Positions 1 through 11,368 of a stretch of DNA of 41,777 nucleotides are shown here, one piece after another. Positions within the stretch are counted from its first letter, which is position 1, and every line of letters starts with the position of its first letter. The DNA lies in assembly GCF_001194135.2 (NCBI RefSeq), contig NC_068995.1, forward strand, positions 21,382,040 through 21,423,816, in the 5' to 3' direction. Source of the stretch: Octopus bimaculoides (Eukaryota). The notes beneath the pieces are model-generated. The model made no database searches. It was not told the DNA's origin and saw nothing but the letters and a program-made list of their open reading frames with translations. The translations under genes were made by a program, and so were the position numbers.

Positions 1-668
1 TATATATATATATATATATATCTTAAAAAATAGAGCTCAAAATCGATGCATTGAAGATACTTTATTGCAGCAACAATTATATATATATATGGGTGAATAT
101 ATGCATACACGCATAGATATGCACACACACACACACACATACAAGCATATATGCATATGTGTGTGGGTGTTTGGGTGCGTATGTGTGTGTTTGTGTGTGT
201 GTATGTGTGTAAAGTAATATACTGCGTGAAAGACAGAAAGTGAGAACGAGCTAGTGTTGTTTATTACAGCTTAGATGAATTTGTTAAACCAATATTATTA
301 TTGGCATCCTGCTATCATTTTTATCTATAACATGAATTTATCGTCTTATCTGAAAATACATCTGAGATGTGAAAGTAAATTTTTTAAAGATGGATGTCAT
401 GTCACTCGAAAAATAAATTTAGTTTGTAAAAATATTAACAGAATAGATTACTACTTCCGGTGCAGAATGATAGAGAATAATAGAACAAATACATAGAAAT
501 GTAGATAGTCTCACAGAAACACACACACACACACATGCGCAAACGCACACATACACACACGTGGATAGGCACCAACACACACGCAAGCAAACTCGCACAT
601 ATATGAGTATGTTTGTGAATGTACTTATACTTTTAATCAGATGAATGTAAACATATATATAATGCAAA

Positions 669-717
<49 letters not shown>

Positions 718-757
718 TTTATACATATTCGTATAAATGTATACATATGCGCATCCA

Positions 758-798
<41 letters not shown>

Positions 799-1019
799 AA
801 TACGTACACACAGACACACACAGACACACACAATCGTGCCTATATATTGATTGATTGAAATAATGTGGTTATTAAGCTTTCCTTTTATATTACACTACGG
901 AAGACGGTAGGGATTACAATTTTTTATAACTGAATAGAGTTGTCATCGTTTAGTTACGTATTTAGGAATGGTTGTAATTTACTTGTGGAATTTATTCATC
1001 GAAACGGTTGTACATTGGG

Positions 1020-1260
1020 TCAACGTGTTTGAAAGCTGTGGTTTCTTTGGTGTGTTCCCACACAACACTTATCTTAGTGCTGTTGACTCTACCGGATTGA
1101 ATGGTACTGCCAAGGTGTCGAAACGATAATGATATGCATGGGACAGCTGTTGATGGAGGTATGTTCGACTGTTGGTATGGCTGTTTTATATATGTGGATT
1201 AGTATTATTGGATTGTTGGTATGATTGTGGAATATTATTATAACACATCCTTTTGACATA
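1020..1260 (-). repeat. Decayed dispersed repeat, copy 1 (possibly PLE linker-derived)
   Basis: accggattgaatggtactgccaaggtgtcgaaacgataatgatatgcatgggacagctgttgatgg is homologous to 25700-25770. Minus-strand HNHTNNPII weakly recalls the PLE THNPNNPNI linker motif. Confidence 0.45.
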
Positions 1261-1317
1261 TATATATAACGAAAAAGTATACAGTACAACTAATTAGCGC
1301 TCTAATAGAGCTTCAGG

Positions 1318-1647
1318 AATATAAAATTAGGAAAGACAGAAACAAATTTCAAAGGTCAGTATTCATATTCATTCAATCCATTTCAAATTGTCGAAATTCT
1401 TCACAATACACATACATGCGTTCACATAGATGAAACATGGTAAACATTCATAAGAAATTATAATTATATAAATATACGAATATTTATAAATACATAAAAT
1501 TTCATAAATATATAAAAAAAATATAAATATATAAAAAATTCTAAACATATAAATATAAATACATACATGTACTTGCGAGGCTGAATGTCTGTTTTAGAAT
1601 CCATGGGGAGGGTAGTTGAGAAATTTAATAGAAAAGGATTTAAGAGG
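1318..1647 (+). repeat. Left arm of a ~330-bp inverted repeat flanking the PLE
   Basis: gaaacaaatttcaaaggtcagtattcatattcattcaatccattt...gtacttgcgaggctgaatgtc aligns to the reverse complement of 3098-3408. About 85-90% identity by eye in the non-low-complexity part. Confidence 0.9.
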
Positions 1648-1664
1648 AATCCTGAATAAGTGCA

Positions 1665-1756
1665 AAGTCTCACGGCCGTTTCGAGAAGATACAGGTTGGT
1701 ATGAGCGAGCTAACACCAACCATAGCAATTATCTGTACGTCTCTCATTAGAGTTAA
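1665..1756 (-). ncRNA. Degenerate type I hammerhead ribozyme in the PLE 3' region (probably inactive)
   Basis: Minus strand reads CTAATGA-[gag..61 nt..ctc]-GAAAC-GGCC-GTG-agactt. This fits CUGAUGA with G5>A, a long stem II, GAAA, and a minimal stem III with a palindromic GGCC loop typical of PLE hammerheads. The cleavage triplet is GUG rather than GUH, and stem I is eroded. Confidence 0.6.
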
Positions 1757-1984
1757 AATACTCAAACAGTTATTAAAGCTTTAAGAGACATGAAAGATTT
1801 GAGAATTTTTATGAAACGAATGCTTTGTCGGACCATACTGTTCATGTGAAATTAGAATTAGAATTAAAGCTACACGTGAAGATACATTACGACGCTGTAT
1901 ATAATAGTATTTTAAGATGAATCCAAACTATGAAGGGTTACTAGATTAAAATCCTATAGGCTAATTATTTTGAGGAAAGAATTT

Positions 1985-3098
1985 AAAAGATGAAAGATAT
2001 TTATGTTTACAGGTAATTATGATATCAGATATTTTATCAAGCTTTTTTGTTGGCACGGCGTATGTGGATCGCCTCCTTCGTGTATAAATTGCAATTTTTA
2101 ATGTGTGTATTATGTAGTGTGGTTTACTTTATGATATACCAATCTAGACTGAATTCTTTATTGCGTATCTTTAATTTATTGATGTGGGTAGCTAGTGTGG
2201 TTTAAGTTTTTGTTTCGTGATTGATATATGAATTTGCGTGTGCCCTATATTTAATCTTAAAATTTGTCGTACTTCCTATGCATATCTTTTTAGGTTCATT
2301 AAGGATTGAAACCTCAACTTTATATACGACTTATATCTTTAAACAGAATCATTTTAATGGACCTAGCTCCCTATTACGACAATTACAGGCTTTATTTCCA
2401 GGTGTAGCCTTTCTATTTTCAATATCATGATTCTTCTTATTTTTTTTTCATATTAAGGTCAGCTATTTTATCATCTCTAATAATGCTGTTATTTCTAAGT
2501 TTAAGTCTATTGTTGGCCGCGATTATAGATCCTAGATTGGATATGATTGAGTACGATAATTTAAGGCAGCATCTATTAAACACAGAATGATATTTATGAC
2601 CTAGTGAGAATTTCCTATCGATAATCCCAAAAAATAATTTAGGAAGGTTTCTGATCTGTAGGGAAAAGGTGTGAACCATATAATTTCCCTTCTCCCCGAT
2701 TTGTTTCTATTCTGCCCAGTATAGTTATTGTCATAATAATTAAATAAATTACGGTATCTTCCAAATTGTTGTTGGCTCCTATATTCGGGGGCGGGGGTTG
2801 TTTACGAGAGATGTATCGATGTTTAAATTCGCAATATTTGGAAAACGTTGGCCTAATTTATTTTTAAATATTACGTTCTTAATATGATATATTTTCCTAT
2901 TGAATCCACTGCCTTTTAATCTGTATTATAAATGGGTGCAAAATCGTCGAAGATCTTTTCGTTTGCGGATAAGTTACATATTTTTATGGACCCATCTTTG
3001 ATTATCCCCTTAATGACACTTTGGGGATGATATAATAAGGCGTGGATATACTTAATTGTTTTATTAGGCTTGTAGTAAGGATAGAATAAGCCGTTATC
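1985..3098 (-). mobile_element. Penelope-like element (PLE), 5'-truncated and decayed: RT thumb, linker and GIY-YIG endonuclease
   Basis: Manual minus-strand translation. RT thumb: DNGLFYPYYKPNKTIKYIHALLYHPQSVIKGII..KICNLSANEKIFDDFAPIYN. Linker: REIIWFTPFSL and KLFFGIIDRKFSLGHKYHSVFNRCCLKLSYS..NLGSIIAANNR (ORF 2437-2679). GIY-YIG: CNCRNRELGPLK*FCLKI*VVYKVEV..ICIGSTTNFKIKYRAH..TTLATHINKLK..LDWYII..NCNL..KISDIIITCKHK. These match the known PLE domain order, with several in-frame stops. Confidence 0.9.
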
Positions 3099-3408
3099 TC
3101 TTAAAAGTCATTTTATACTAACTTTTTCATCTACCCTCTTCATTGATTTTGATACGGACATTCAACCTCGCAAGTACATCTATGTATTCATATTTATATG
3201 TTTATAAATTTTATATAGTTATGAATGTTTATATATTTATAAATGTTCATATACTTACATATATTTATAATTTCTTATGAATTTTTACCGTGTCTCGTAT
3301 ATGCGAATGCATATATGTGTATTGTGGAGAATTTCGACCATTTTAAATGGATTGAATGAATATGAATACCGATCTTTGAAATTTGTTTCTCTCTTTCTTA
3401 ATTATATA
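3098..3408 (-). repeat. Right arm of the ~330-bp inverted repeat flanking the PLE
   Basis: The reverse complement reads gaaacaaatttcaaagatcggtattcatattcattcaatccattt...gtacttgcgaggttgaatgtc and abuts the truncated RT sequence directly. Confidence 0.9.
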
Positions 3409-3428
3409 TATATATATATATACATACA

Positions 3429-3464
<36 letters not shown>

Positions 3465-3658
3465 GGCATACACTCATATGCATACACTTGTACAGACACA
3501 CGTATATATGCAAACGCGGTTTATGTGCGCATACTAGTATATTAAACAATCCAGCTTTCAATTTATAACATTAAACCGACTAATAGGCTTAAAAACTCAC
3601 CTATGAACACACGTTTACAACAATATTATTCTATGCATTTACGCATGTAATTTATATA

Positions 3659-3665
<7 letters not shown>

Positions 3666-3709
<44 letters not shown>

Positions 3710-3717
3710 TAAACACA

Positions 3718-3780
<63 letters not shown>

Positions 3781-3786
3781 GGATAT

Positions 3787-3828
<42 letters not shown>
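3666..3828. repeat. (CA)n(TA)n(GA)n compound microsatellite
   Basis: Directly visible. Confidence 0.95.
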
Positions 3829-3829
<1 letters not shown>

Positions 3830-5198
3830 TGATAGATATATTTACATGTATTTAGGTATGCGCATACACAACCGCTGCGCATGCAAGTATGTGCACGAAT
3901 ATTTTCGTTTTATGTATTATATATAATATAATATATACATGCATACATACATAATACATACTTTCACATACGTGTACACTTAAATACGTATTTGATTATC
4001 TATTTCTACACCTAAATTGCTTACTACATACCAACCTACCTACCTACCTACCTACCTGCGTGCTTGCTTGTCTTCTTGCCTACATATCTTCCTGCCAATC
4101 TGCCTATCACCCTACTTATGTTTCCATCTAATCTGTCTGTCTTGGTATAAGACGTCGAATTGCCAGAGTCACTTGTGTCTTGAATAGAATACATGTGATA
4201 TTTTTCCTTACATACATAGACAGATAAGATATTATGTTTGCTATCATCAAGCTTCGGAATTCGATCAGCCATCGTGGCATTGTTTTCAAGTGACGTTTAT
4301 TATCACTACTTTCACCATTTCGTTGTATGTAATTCAATACGCTTCATTTTTTTATGCTGCTTGACTAGTGAATGTGTAAATAAGTAGTACTTCTTTTGAA
4401 GTTATTTCTTGTAGCTCCGATGCAAGTCAGATGAACTACAACAAGGCTTAGGAATGAAATAGACAGATCAGTCCCTGAAGTTATAATTGCCAGCTCAGTG
4501 GTGCAAAAGCGTCTTCGCATGCTTGCATTTAGTGTATCTTCAGTATTGGCAAAGTTTTAACAAGAATAAAAGACCTTAATGTTGTTTCTATTAATCATCG
4601 TTAATAACTTAATGAGTTGGTTTCCAACTATAATTGATTGGCTTCCTATAATGCTAGTTAGGATTTCTGTTAATTTCAACATCTTGCACTTAATATAAAA
4701 ATTAGCTCCACATTTAAAAAAAAAGAAAACCTTTGAAAATAATTTGCAAATGTACGCATGCTAATACACTCCCCGCACAAGATGTTTCTTCCTTCTATCT
4801 GCTGCCTTCATTGAGTAGAGCATTCTCGGGACTAACTGTGGTTTGCATATACAAATCAGACTAGTAGATGACTATTAAACATACACATGTAAATTTATAT
4901 GAAAAAGGAGCCAAAATGTCATCAAACGGGATGTTGAGATTTTACTAGCAGGTTGTATGACGAACTGTATTATAATTTATCATTTGCTTTTGCGTTTTGG
5001 TTGGAGATTTTCTTATTTTTTCTCCGTTTGCGGTATTTGAGGTTTTCTGCTTATCGACATTTTTAAAGCTTTGTTCTCATGAAAATTCTTATTCTGGTGG
5101 CTTTCTACAGTGATATTGAAGCTATAACTTATATATGTTTATATAAATACATGTATACGATCGAGAATGTGTGTGTGAATGATTGTATGTATGTGTGT

Positions 5199-5261
<63 letters not shown>

Positions 5262-6128
5262 NNNNNNNNNNNNNNNNNNNNNNNNNNNNNNNNNNNNNNN
5301 NNNNNNNNNNNNNNNNNNNNNNNNNNNNNNNNNNNNNNNNNNNNNNNNNNNNNNNNNNNNNNNNNNNNNNNNNNNNNNNNNNNNNNNNNNNNNNNNNNNN
5401 NNNNNNNNNNNNNNNNNNNNNNNNNNNNNNNNNNNNNNNNNNNNNNNNNNNNNNNNNNNNNNNNNNNNNNNNNNNNNNNNNNNNNNNNNNNNNNNNNNNN
5501 NNNNNNNNNNNNNNNNNNNNNNNNNNNNNNNNNNNNNNNNNNNNNNNNNNNNNNNNNNNNNNNNNNNNNNNNNNNNNNNNNNNNNNNNNNNNNNNNNNNN
5601 NNNNNNNNNNNNNNNNNNNNNNNNNNNNNNNNNNNNNNNNNNNNNNNNNNNNNNNNNNNNNNNNNNNNNNNNNNNNNNNNNNNNNNNNNNNNNNNNNNNN
5701 NNNNNNNNNNNNNNNNNNNNNNNNNNNNNNNNNNNNNNNNNNNNNNNNNNNNNNNNNNNNNNNNNNNNNNNNNNNNNNNNNNNNNNNNNNNNNNNNNNNN
5801 NNNNNNNNNNNNNNNNNNNNNNNNNNNNNNNNNNNNNNNNNNNNNNNNNNNNNNNNNNNNNNNNNNNNNNNNNNNNNNNNNNNNNNNNNNNNNNNNNNNN
5901 NNNNNNNNNNNNNNNNNNNNNNNNNNNNNNNNNNNNNNNNNNNNNNNNNNNNNNNNNNNNNNNNNNNNNNNNNNNNNNNNNNNNNNNNNNNNNNNNNNNN
6001 NNNNNNNNNNNNNNNNNNNNNNNNNNNNNNNNNNNNNNNNNNNNNNNNNNNNNNNNNNNNNNNNNNNNNNNNNNNNNNNNNNNNNNNNNNNNNNNNNNNN
6101 NNNNNNNNNNNNNNNNNNNNNNNNNNNN
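5262..6128. other. Assembly gap, the largest of nine (others: 7797-8045, 9554-10090, 11289-11298, 13743-14001, 17893-18086, 26641-26737, 27686-28087, 35726-36346)
   Basis: N runs, mostly flanked by simple repeats. Confidence 0.98.
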
Positions 6129-6173
<45 letters not shown>

Positions 6174-6488
6174 CTTGTTTTATTTTAACTTACGATAAAA
6201 TAGCTGTCGACTAATTTTCTCGTTTTCAAAAGACAGCACATGTAAGAAATGTGAGATGACGATATAACTGTGTGTGTGTCTGTGTTTATAAATATATCTG
6301 TATGAAAGCGTGTTTCACAAATGAGTTTGTGTTCGTGATTGCACGCACGCGCAAAATATTCGTTTACCGATAGCAAAATGGAAAGGAGAACCTGTTCAGA
6401 TATATCAAATGTAAATGAAGCTTAAGTTCAGAGAAATCTGCACTTCCCTTAACGTTGACTTTTTCTTATCTCTTCTATTGTTTTGTAG

Positions 6489-6773
6489 GTGATGGGAGAG
6501 AGAGACCTCGTTTCTCTATTACTTATGCTACTCATTGCTAATGAAGTAACACGAGCCTACCGACTTTCAAATAACTTCCTTTATCTTACTGAAATGAAAA
6601 GCGATATCAAACCTTCTCACTTTCACTAAATAGTCGTGAAATATCAGCATTCTGTTATCCGTGTCTTATCTACAAACCGAAAATGATAACCCGTCAGTGA
6701 ATTCTGGGCTTCGGCTCTTTAATGAAGGGAAAATTGTGTTCTTTAGTTGTACGTAATGAATATATTGTGCAAG
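6489..6773 (+). other. Candidate spliced exon containing a 45-codon sORF (6492-6629) with a signal-peptide-like N-terminus
   Basis: Acceptor cttctattgttttgtag| and donor caag|gtaagt. The sORF is MGERDLVSLLLMLLIANEVTRAYRLSNNFLYLTEMKSDIKPSHFH*. No homology recognised. Confidence 0.3.
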
Positions 6774-7157
6774 GTAAGTAATCTGAAAAGGCTTCAAGTA
6801 TAAATAAAAGCGTGTTAGCTATTTGTTGCAAACGAAGTCTTCATGTTCAGGGAAACGATTCATGAGCACAATCGATTGATTAATCCAATAGATTTCACAT
6901 TTAATCAATGTACATCCTCCTACATTTCACGATAAACAAATTAAGAAAGCTGAGATGATGCAAAGAATATATATAAGAATCAGATTCAAGTAGAACAATA
7001 AAATCTGACTCAAACTCCATAACAAACCGAACAAAAACGTTGACGTATTATTCTTTCTGAAGTCATCTTATGCTTAACTATCATACTTTAACCAGCTTAG
7101 TACAAAAAGGTCAGGATGCTCACACTAACAAACATGCATACACACATACCCCCACCC

Positions 7158-7206
<49 letters not shown>

Positions 7207-7367
7207 ACGACCCTCCATGTTTGTTATCGTTCGGTTTCCTCGTATGTATTCATTGTCCTGTTTTGATTTCCAACTTTGACTCTCCATAAATCCTAAATTT
7301 TATTTTGGTACTTATGGGAGCAACTGTCTTCGAAGAGTCATATTGACATTCATTCTACATATTTCGA

Positions 7368-7575
7368 AGACAGCCAGATCGTAAATCATTAGCACACCGG
7401 GTAAAATGTCTAGCACGATTTCATTCTATCTTACGTTCTGAGTTGAAATTCCACCGTGTTCTTACACCCCGTTCCGGGGTCGAGAAAATAAGTGCTAGTT
7501 GAGTACTGAGGTCGATTTATTTTACTTAACCTCCCTCAAATCAATGTTGCTGACATTGTGCCAAAATTTGAAAGC
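7368..7575 (+). mobile_element. tRNA-derived SINE, family A (octopus-type), decayed
   Basis: B-box-like gagttgaaattcc, body ggggtcgagaaaataagtgctagttgagtactgaggtcgat, tail tgtgccaaaatttgaaa. Homologous to six other copies in the window. Confidence 0.8.
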
Positions 7576-7761
7576 AGTGTATAGATTGAATTATACAAAC
7601 ATTCGTAATCCATTTTGCATTGAATTTAAAATAAATAAATGAAATTAAAATAAATAAATGAATTTAACTAAATGTTTACGGAGACGAAAATTTCAACATT
7701 TCAATCGGAGATCGTTTATTCATTTCAAGGAACTAGTTATGTGTTGAATATGTATGTGTAC

Positions 7762-7796
<35 letters not shown>

Positions 7797-9129
7797 NNNN
7801 NNNNNNNNNNNNNNNNNNNNNNNNNNNNNNNNNNNNNNNNNNNNNNNNNNNNNNNNNNNNNNNNNNNNNNNNNNNNNNNNNNNNNNNNNNNNNNNNNNNN
7901 NNNNNNNNNNNNNNNNNNNNNNNNNNNNNNNNNNNNNNNNNNNNNNNNNNNNNNNNNNNNNNNNNNNNNNNNNNNNNNNNNNNNNNNNNNNNNNNNNNNN
8001 NNNNNNNNNNNNNNNNNNNNNNNNNNNNNNNNNNNNNNNNNNNNNATAAAAGTATAAATTGTAAGATATTTTTCGTTGATTTGAACAAATTACACTTTAA
8101 TTTCATATTTTGTTTTAATTTCAATGCTGAAACATGTCTGCGTAGTACGGTGTGATCATAAGATAGCATCGTTTTAAGAACATTTTGGATGCTCGGTTAT
8201 AGGAGTGATAGATTAGTGAAACGTGACAGAAAAAAATTTCAAGAAGTGAGTAGAGTATTAGTTGAAACAATAAACCCAATAAACACATACATGAACACAC
8301 CCACACCCACTCGTCTCTTTGTCCTTATCGAAATAAATTTACATGAAATGTGTATCTTTTTTTTTTTTTTGTCTTCATTGTCTTTTTCAACTTCCTCTCG
8401 CATGTTAAAGAAGACTATTCCACAGGACTTTAAGTGCGGGTTAGAGTCACTTGACTTTTTTTTCTGTTAGATTAACTTTTACAATTTTTCGAGAGATTTA
8501 TGTAAAACCTTTCTCGTTCTACTCAGATATAAGAACAGCCGTTGTTGTCGTCTTATTAATGTTTGTATTGCAGGTGTTAGTGGTTGTGGTGGTGGTGTTG
8601 TTTTGGTGTTGGGAACTGTGGTGACAGTCGTTTGAGCGTAATTTTAAAATATATGCTGCTTGTCTCTACTTTTGCTTTTGATGTTGTTGCTATTGATATT
8701 GTTGTTGTTGCTTTCGCTTCTATCTGTGCTCCGTTTCTCAGTCAGATCAACTAACGGTGGGAAAACAATGACATAACGGTTGTTCCAACAGTTATCACTT
8801 CCCTCGATCTTGGAAGCCATAGTGATCATTTTTTGTCTAGAGCTATTAACTTTAAAATTCCAATTCTCAAACTTTGCCCTTAAATTTCAAATTTTCGCCA
8901 GACCATCTCGCCTCGCATGCCGCGCAGCGAGCTGAGTTATTTAGTTAACAGTTCAACAAAATTCAGAATACCGACTAATAAAGCAACACATTTTAACGAA
9001 AACTTACGAAACGTGAACAAACATCCATTCCTTGTAAACACAACTAATGATAATAAAAATGATGAGAATTATCATACGGTTGTTATGGTCAGTATATGTA
9101 ATGCAATACTTTGCGGGTAAAATACACTA

Positions 9130-9263
9130 CAATAAAAGAAAAGTTATAATAAAATTCAATTAGATTGTTTATATGATGAGTGCTCTCTTGGATTTGAAAT
9201 TAGAAGAGTGAAGCAAGCGTGTAAAGTACGAATTACCACTGTCTATCATTTGTCAGCGCGCCT
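9130..9263 (+). repeat. Direct repeat, copy 1 (~130 bp)
   Basis: aaattcaattagattgtttatatgatgagtg..ttggatttgaaattagaagagtgaagcaagcg..aaagtacgaattaccactgtctatcatttgtcagcgcgcct; about 90% identical to 10963-11092. Confidence 0.9.
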
Positions 9264-10454
9264 ACAATTTTCTGTTACGAATAAATATTTATTTATATCA
9301 GAACTACTGAAATAAACAGCATTAACATGTTAAAAATTATTCTTCAACAGTCAAACTTGCCACTATTTCAAAACGGTACGATGATTTAAATTAATACTTT
9401 TCCTGTATACCTAATGTGTTTGTGAGGGACAAAAAAAAGCAGAAAAAAAAATTGGAATCATATCCACACTGTCAAGCGAGCTTCGTGAGAGATGATCCCG
9501 TAGTCAGAAATACATTTATATACATATACATACATACATATACATATACATATNNNNNNNNNNNNNNNNNNNNNNNNNNNNNNNNNNNNNNNNNNNNNNN
9601 NNNNNNNNNNNNNNNNNNNNNNNNNNNNNNNNNNNNNNNNNNNNNNNNNNNNNNNNNNNNNNNNNNNNNNNNNNNNNNNNNNNNNNNNNNNNNNNNNNNN
9701 NNNNNNNNNNNNNNNNNNNNNNNNNNNNNNNNNNNNNNNNNNNNNNNNNNNNNNNNNNNNNNNNNNNNNNNNNNNNNNNNNNNNNNNNNNNNNNNNNNNN
9801 NNNNNNNNNNNNNNNNNNNNNNNNNNNNNNNNNNNNNNNNNNNNNNNNNNNNNNNNNNNNNNNNNNNNNNNNNNNNNNNNNNNNNNNNNNNNNNNNNNNN
9901 NNNNNNNNNNNNNNNNNNNNNNNNNNNNNNNNNNNNNNNNNNNNNNNNNNNNNNNNNNNNNNNNNNNNNNNNNNNNNNNNNNNNNNNNNNNNNNNNNNNN
10001 NNNNNNNNNNNNNNNNNNNNNNNNNNNNNNNNNNNNNNNNNNNNNNNNNNNNNNNNNNNNNNNNNNNNNNNNNNNNNNNNNNNNNNNNNNATATATACAT
10101 GCATATATATAGCATGGAATGAGGAAGTGAACCATCAAGACCTTTTACAAAGAATCCGATATTAGAAGGAAGAAGAAATCATTCATCACTAACTGTGAAA
10201 TAGGTAATATATGCATGTCGGTGTGAGCTCCTTATGTCGCGGCCGCTTTTATACTCCAAAGGAAGTGATTGATTACAAGGCATTGTTTCTCCTCTGGAAG
10301 CTGCAAAGTCAGAATAAAGACGTCCGTTATAAACATCTGAACATAATTTCATGAAAGAAATTGTTTGCATCAAAAGTTTTAGTAGGCATTTGCCACTAGT
10401 CGAAAGCGTTCTTCTATTCTCTATATTATTTCCTAACCGGGTTCAAGGAAATAT

Positions 10455-10622
10455 TCTTTTCTACTCTAGGCACAATGCCCGAAATTTTTATGGGGGGAGG
10501 CCAGTCGTTTAGAACGACCACGGTACGCAACTGCTACTTAATTTATCGACCCCGAAAGGATGAAAGGCAAAGTCGACCCCAGTAGAATTTGAACTCAGAA
10601 CGTTTCTGCCACCTCGCCGCCT
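10455..10622 (-). mobile_element. SINE family A with an internal deletion between the A- and B-box
   Basis: Minus strand reads aggcggcgaggtggcagaaacgttctgagttcaaattc..gtcgactttgcctttcatcctttcggggtcgataaattaagta. About 40 bp present in other copies is missing. Confidence 0.85.
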
Positions 10623-10765
10623 AGTGTTAGTTCTACAAATCAGCCAACCAGATTTGAGAAATGTCGAAGAATAGGGACATGGAACTCTGAGCAACAAATT
10701 GTTATTAGGTGTAAGTATAATCCTATATTACAAAAAATAATCCTTTATCTTATATAAGTTAGTGC

Positions 10766-10790
10766 GCTCTCTCTCTCTCTCACACACACC

Positions 10791-10851
<61 letters not shown>
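10766..10851. repeat. (CT)n(CA)n microsatellite
   Basis: Directly visible. Confidence 0.95.
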
Positions 10852-10854
<3 letters not shown>

Positions 10855-10962
10855 GTCTGTTAAAATGCATTACAGCGTGTATAATCACACTTACAAACAG
10901 GCTACCTGCAATGTATGTATGTATTTGTATATATATATCAATGTGTATTCGTATATATGTTA

Positions 10963-11092
10963 TTATAAAAGGAATATAACAAATTCAATTAGATTATTTA
11001 TATGAAGAGTGATTTCTTGGATTTGAAATTAGAAGAGTGAAGTAAGCGCGCAAAGTACGAATTACCACTGTTTATCATTTGTCAGCGCGCCT
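10963..11092 (+). repeat. Direct repeat, copy 2 (~130 bp)
   Basis: aaattcaattagattatttatatgaagagtg..ttggatttgaaattagaagagtgaagtaagcg..aaagtacgaattaccactgtttatcatttgtcagcgcgcct. Confidence 0.9.
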
Positions 11093-11235
11093 TCAATGCA
11101 TATATAAATGTGTATGTGATGCATGCATATATAAATGTGTATATTATGCATGTATATGTTTGTGTATCCGTGTATACATTCATGCATACAAATACGCTTG
11201 TACGTCTGTCTATATATCGGTCTATCTATCTAGAC

Positions 11236-11237
<2 letters not shown>

Positions 11238-11288
<51 letters not shown>

Positions 11289-11298
11289 NNNNNNNNNN

Positions 11299-11367
<69 letters not shown>
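11238..11367. repeat. (GA)n, gap, (TA)n(GATA)n compound microsatellite
   Basis: Directly visible. Confidence 0.95.

Positions 11368-11368
<1 letters not shown>

Noticed and set aside
5079-6214. Long ORFs of 200-370 aa in the ORF track (also at 9416-10165, 27538-28394 and 35617-36568)
   Set aside because: They read through N-gaps and dinucleotide repeats. Only the Tx1-derived flanks of the last group are real, decayed coding sequence.
7203-7360. TGTAACGACCC start resembling an LTR 5' terminus
   Set aside because: No matching second LTR, CA terminus, TSD or internal domains were seen.
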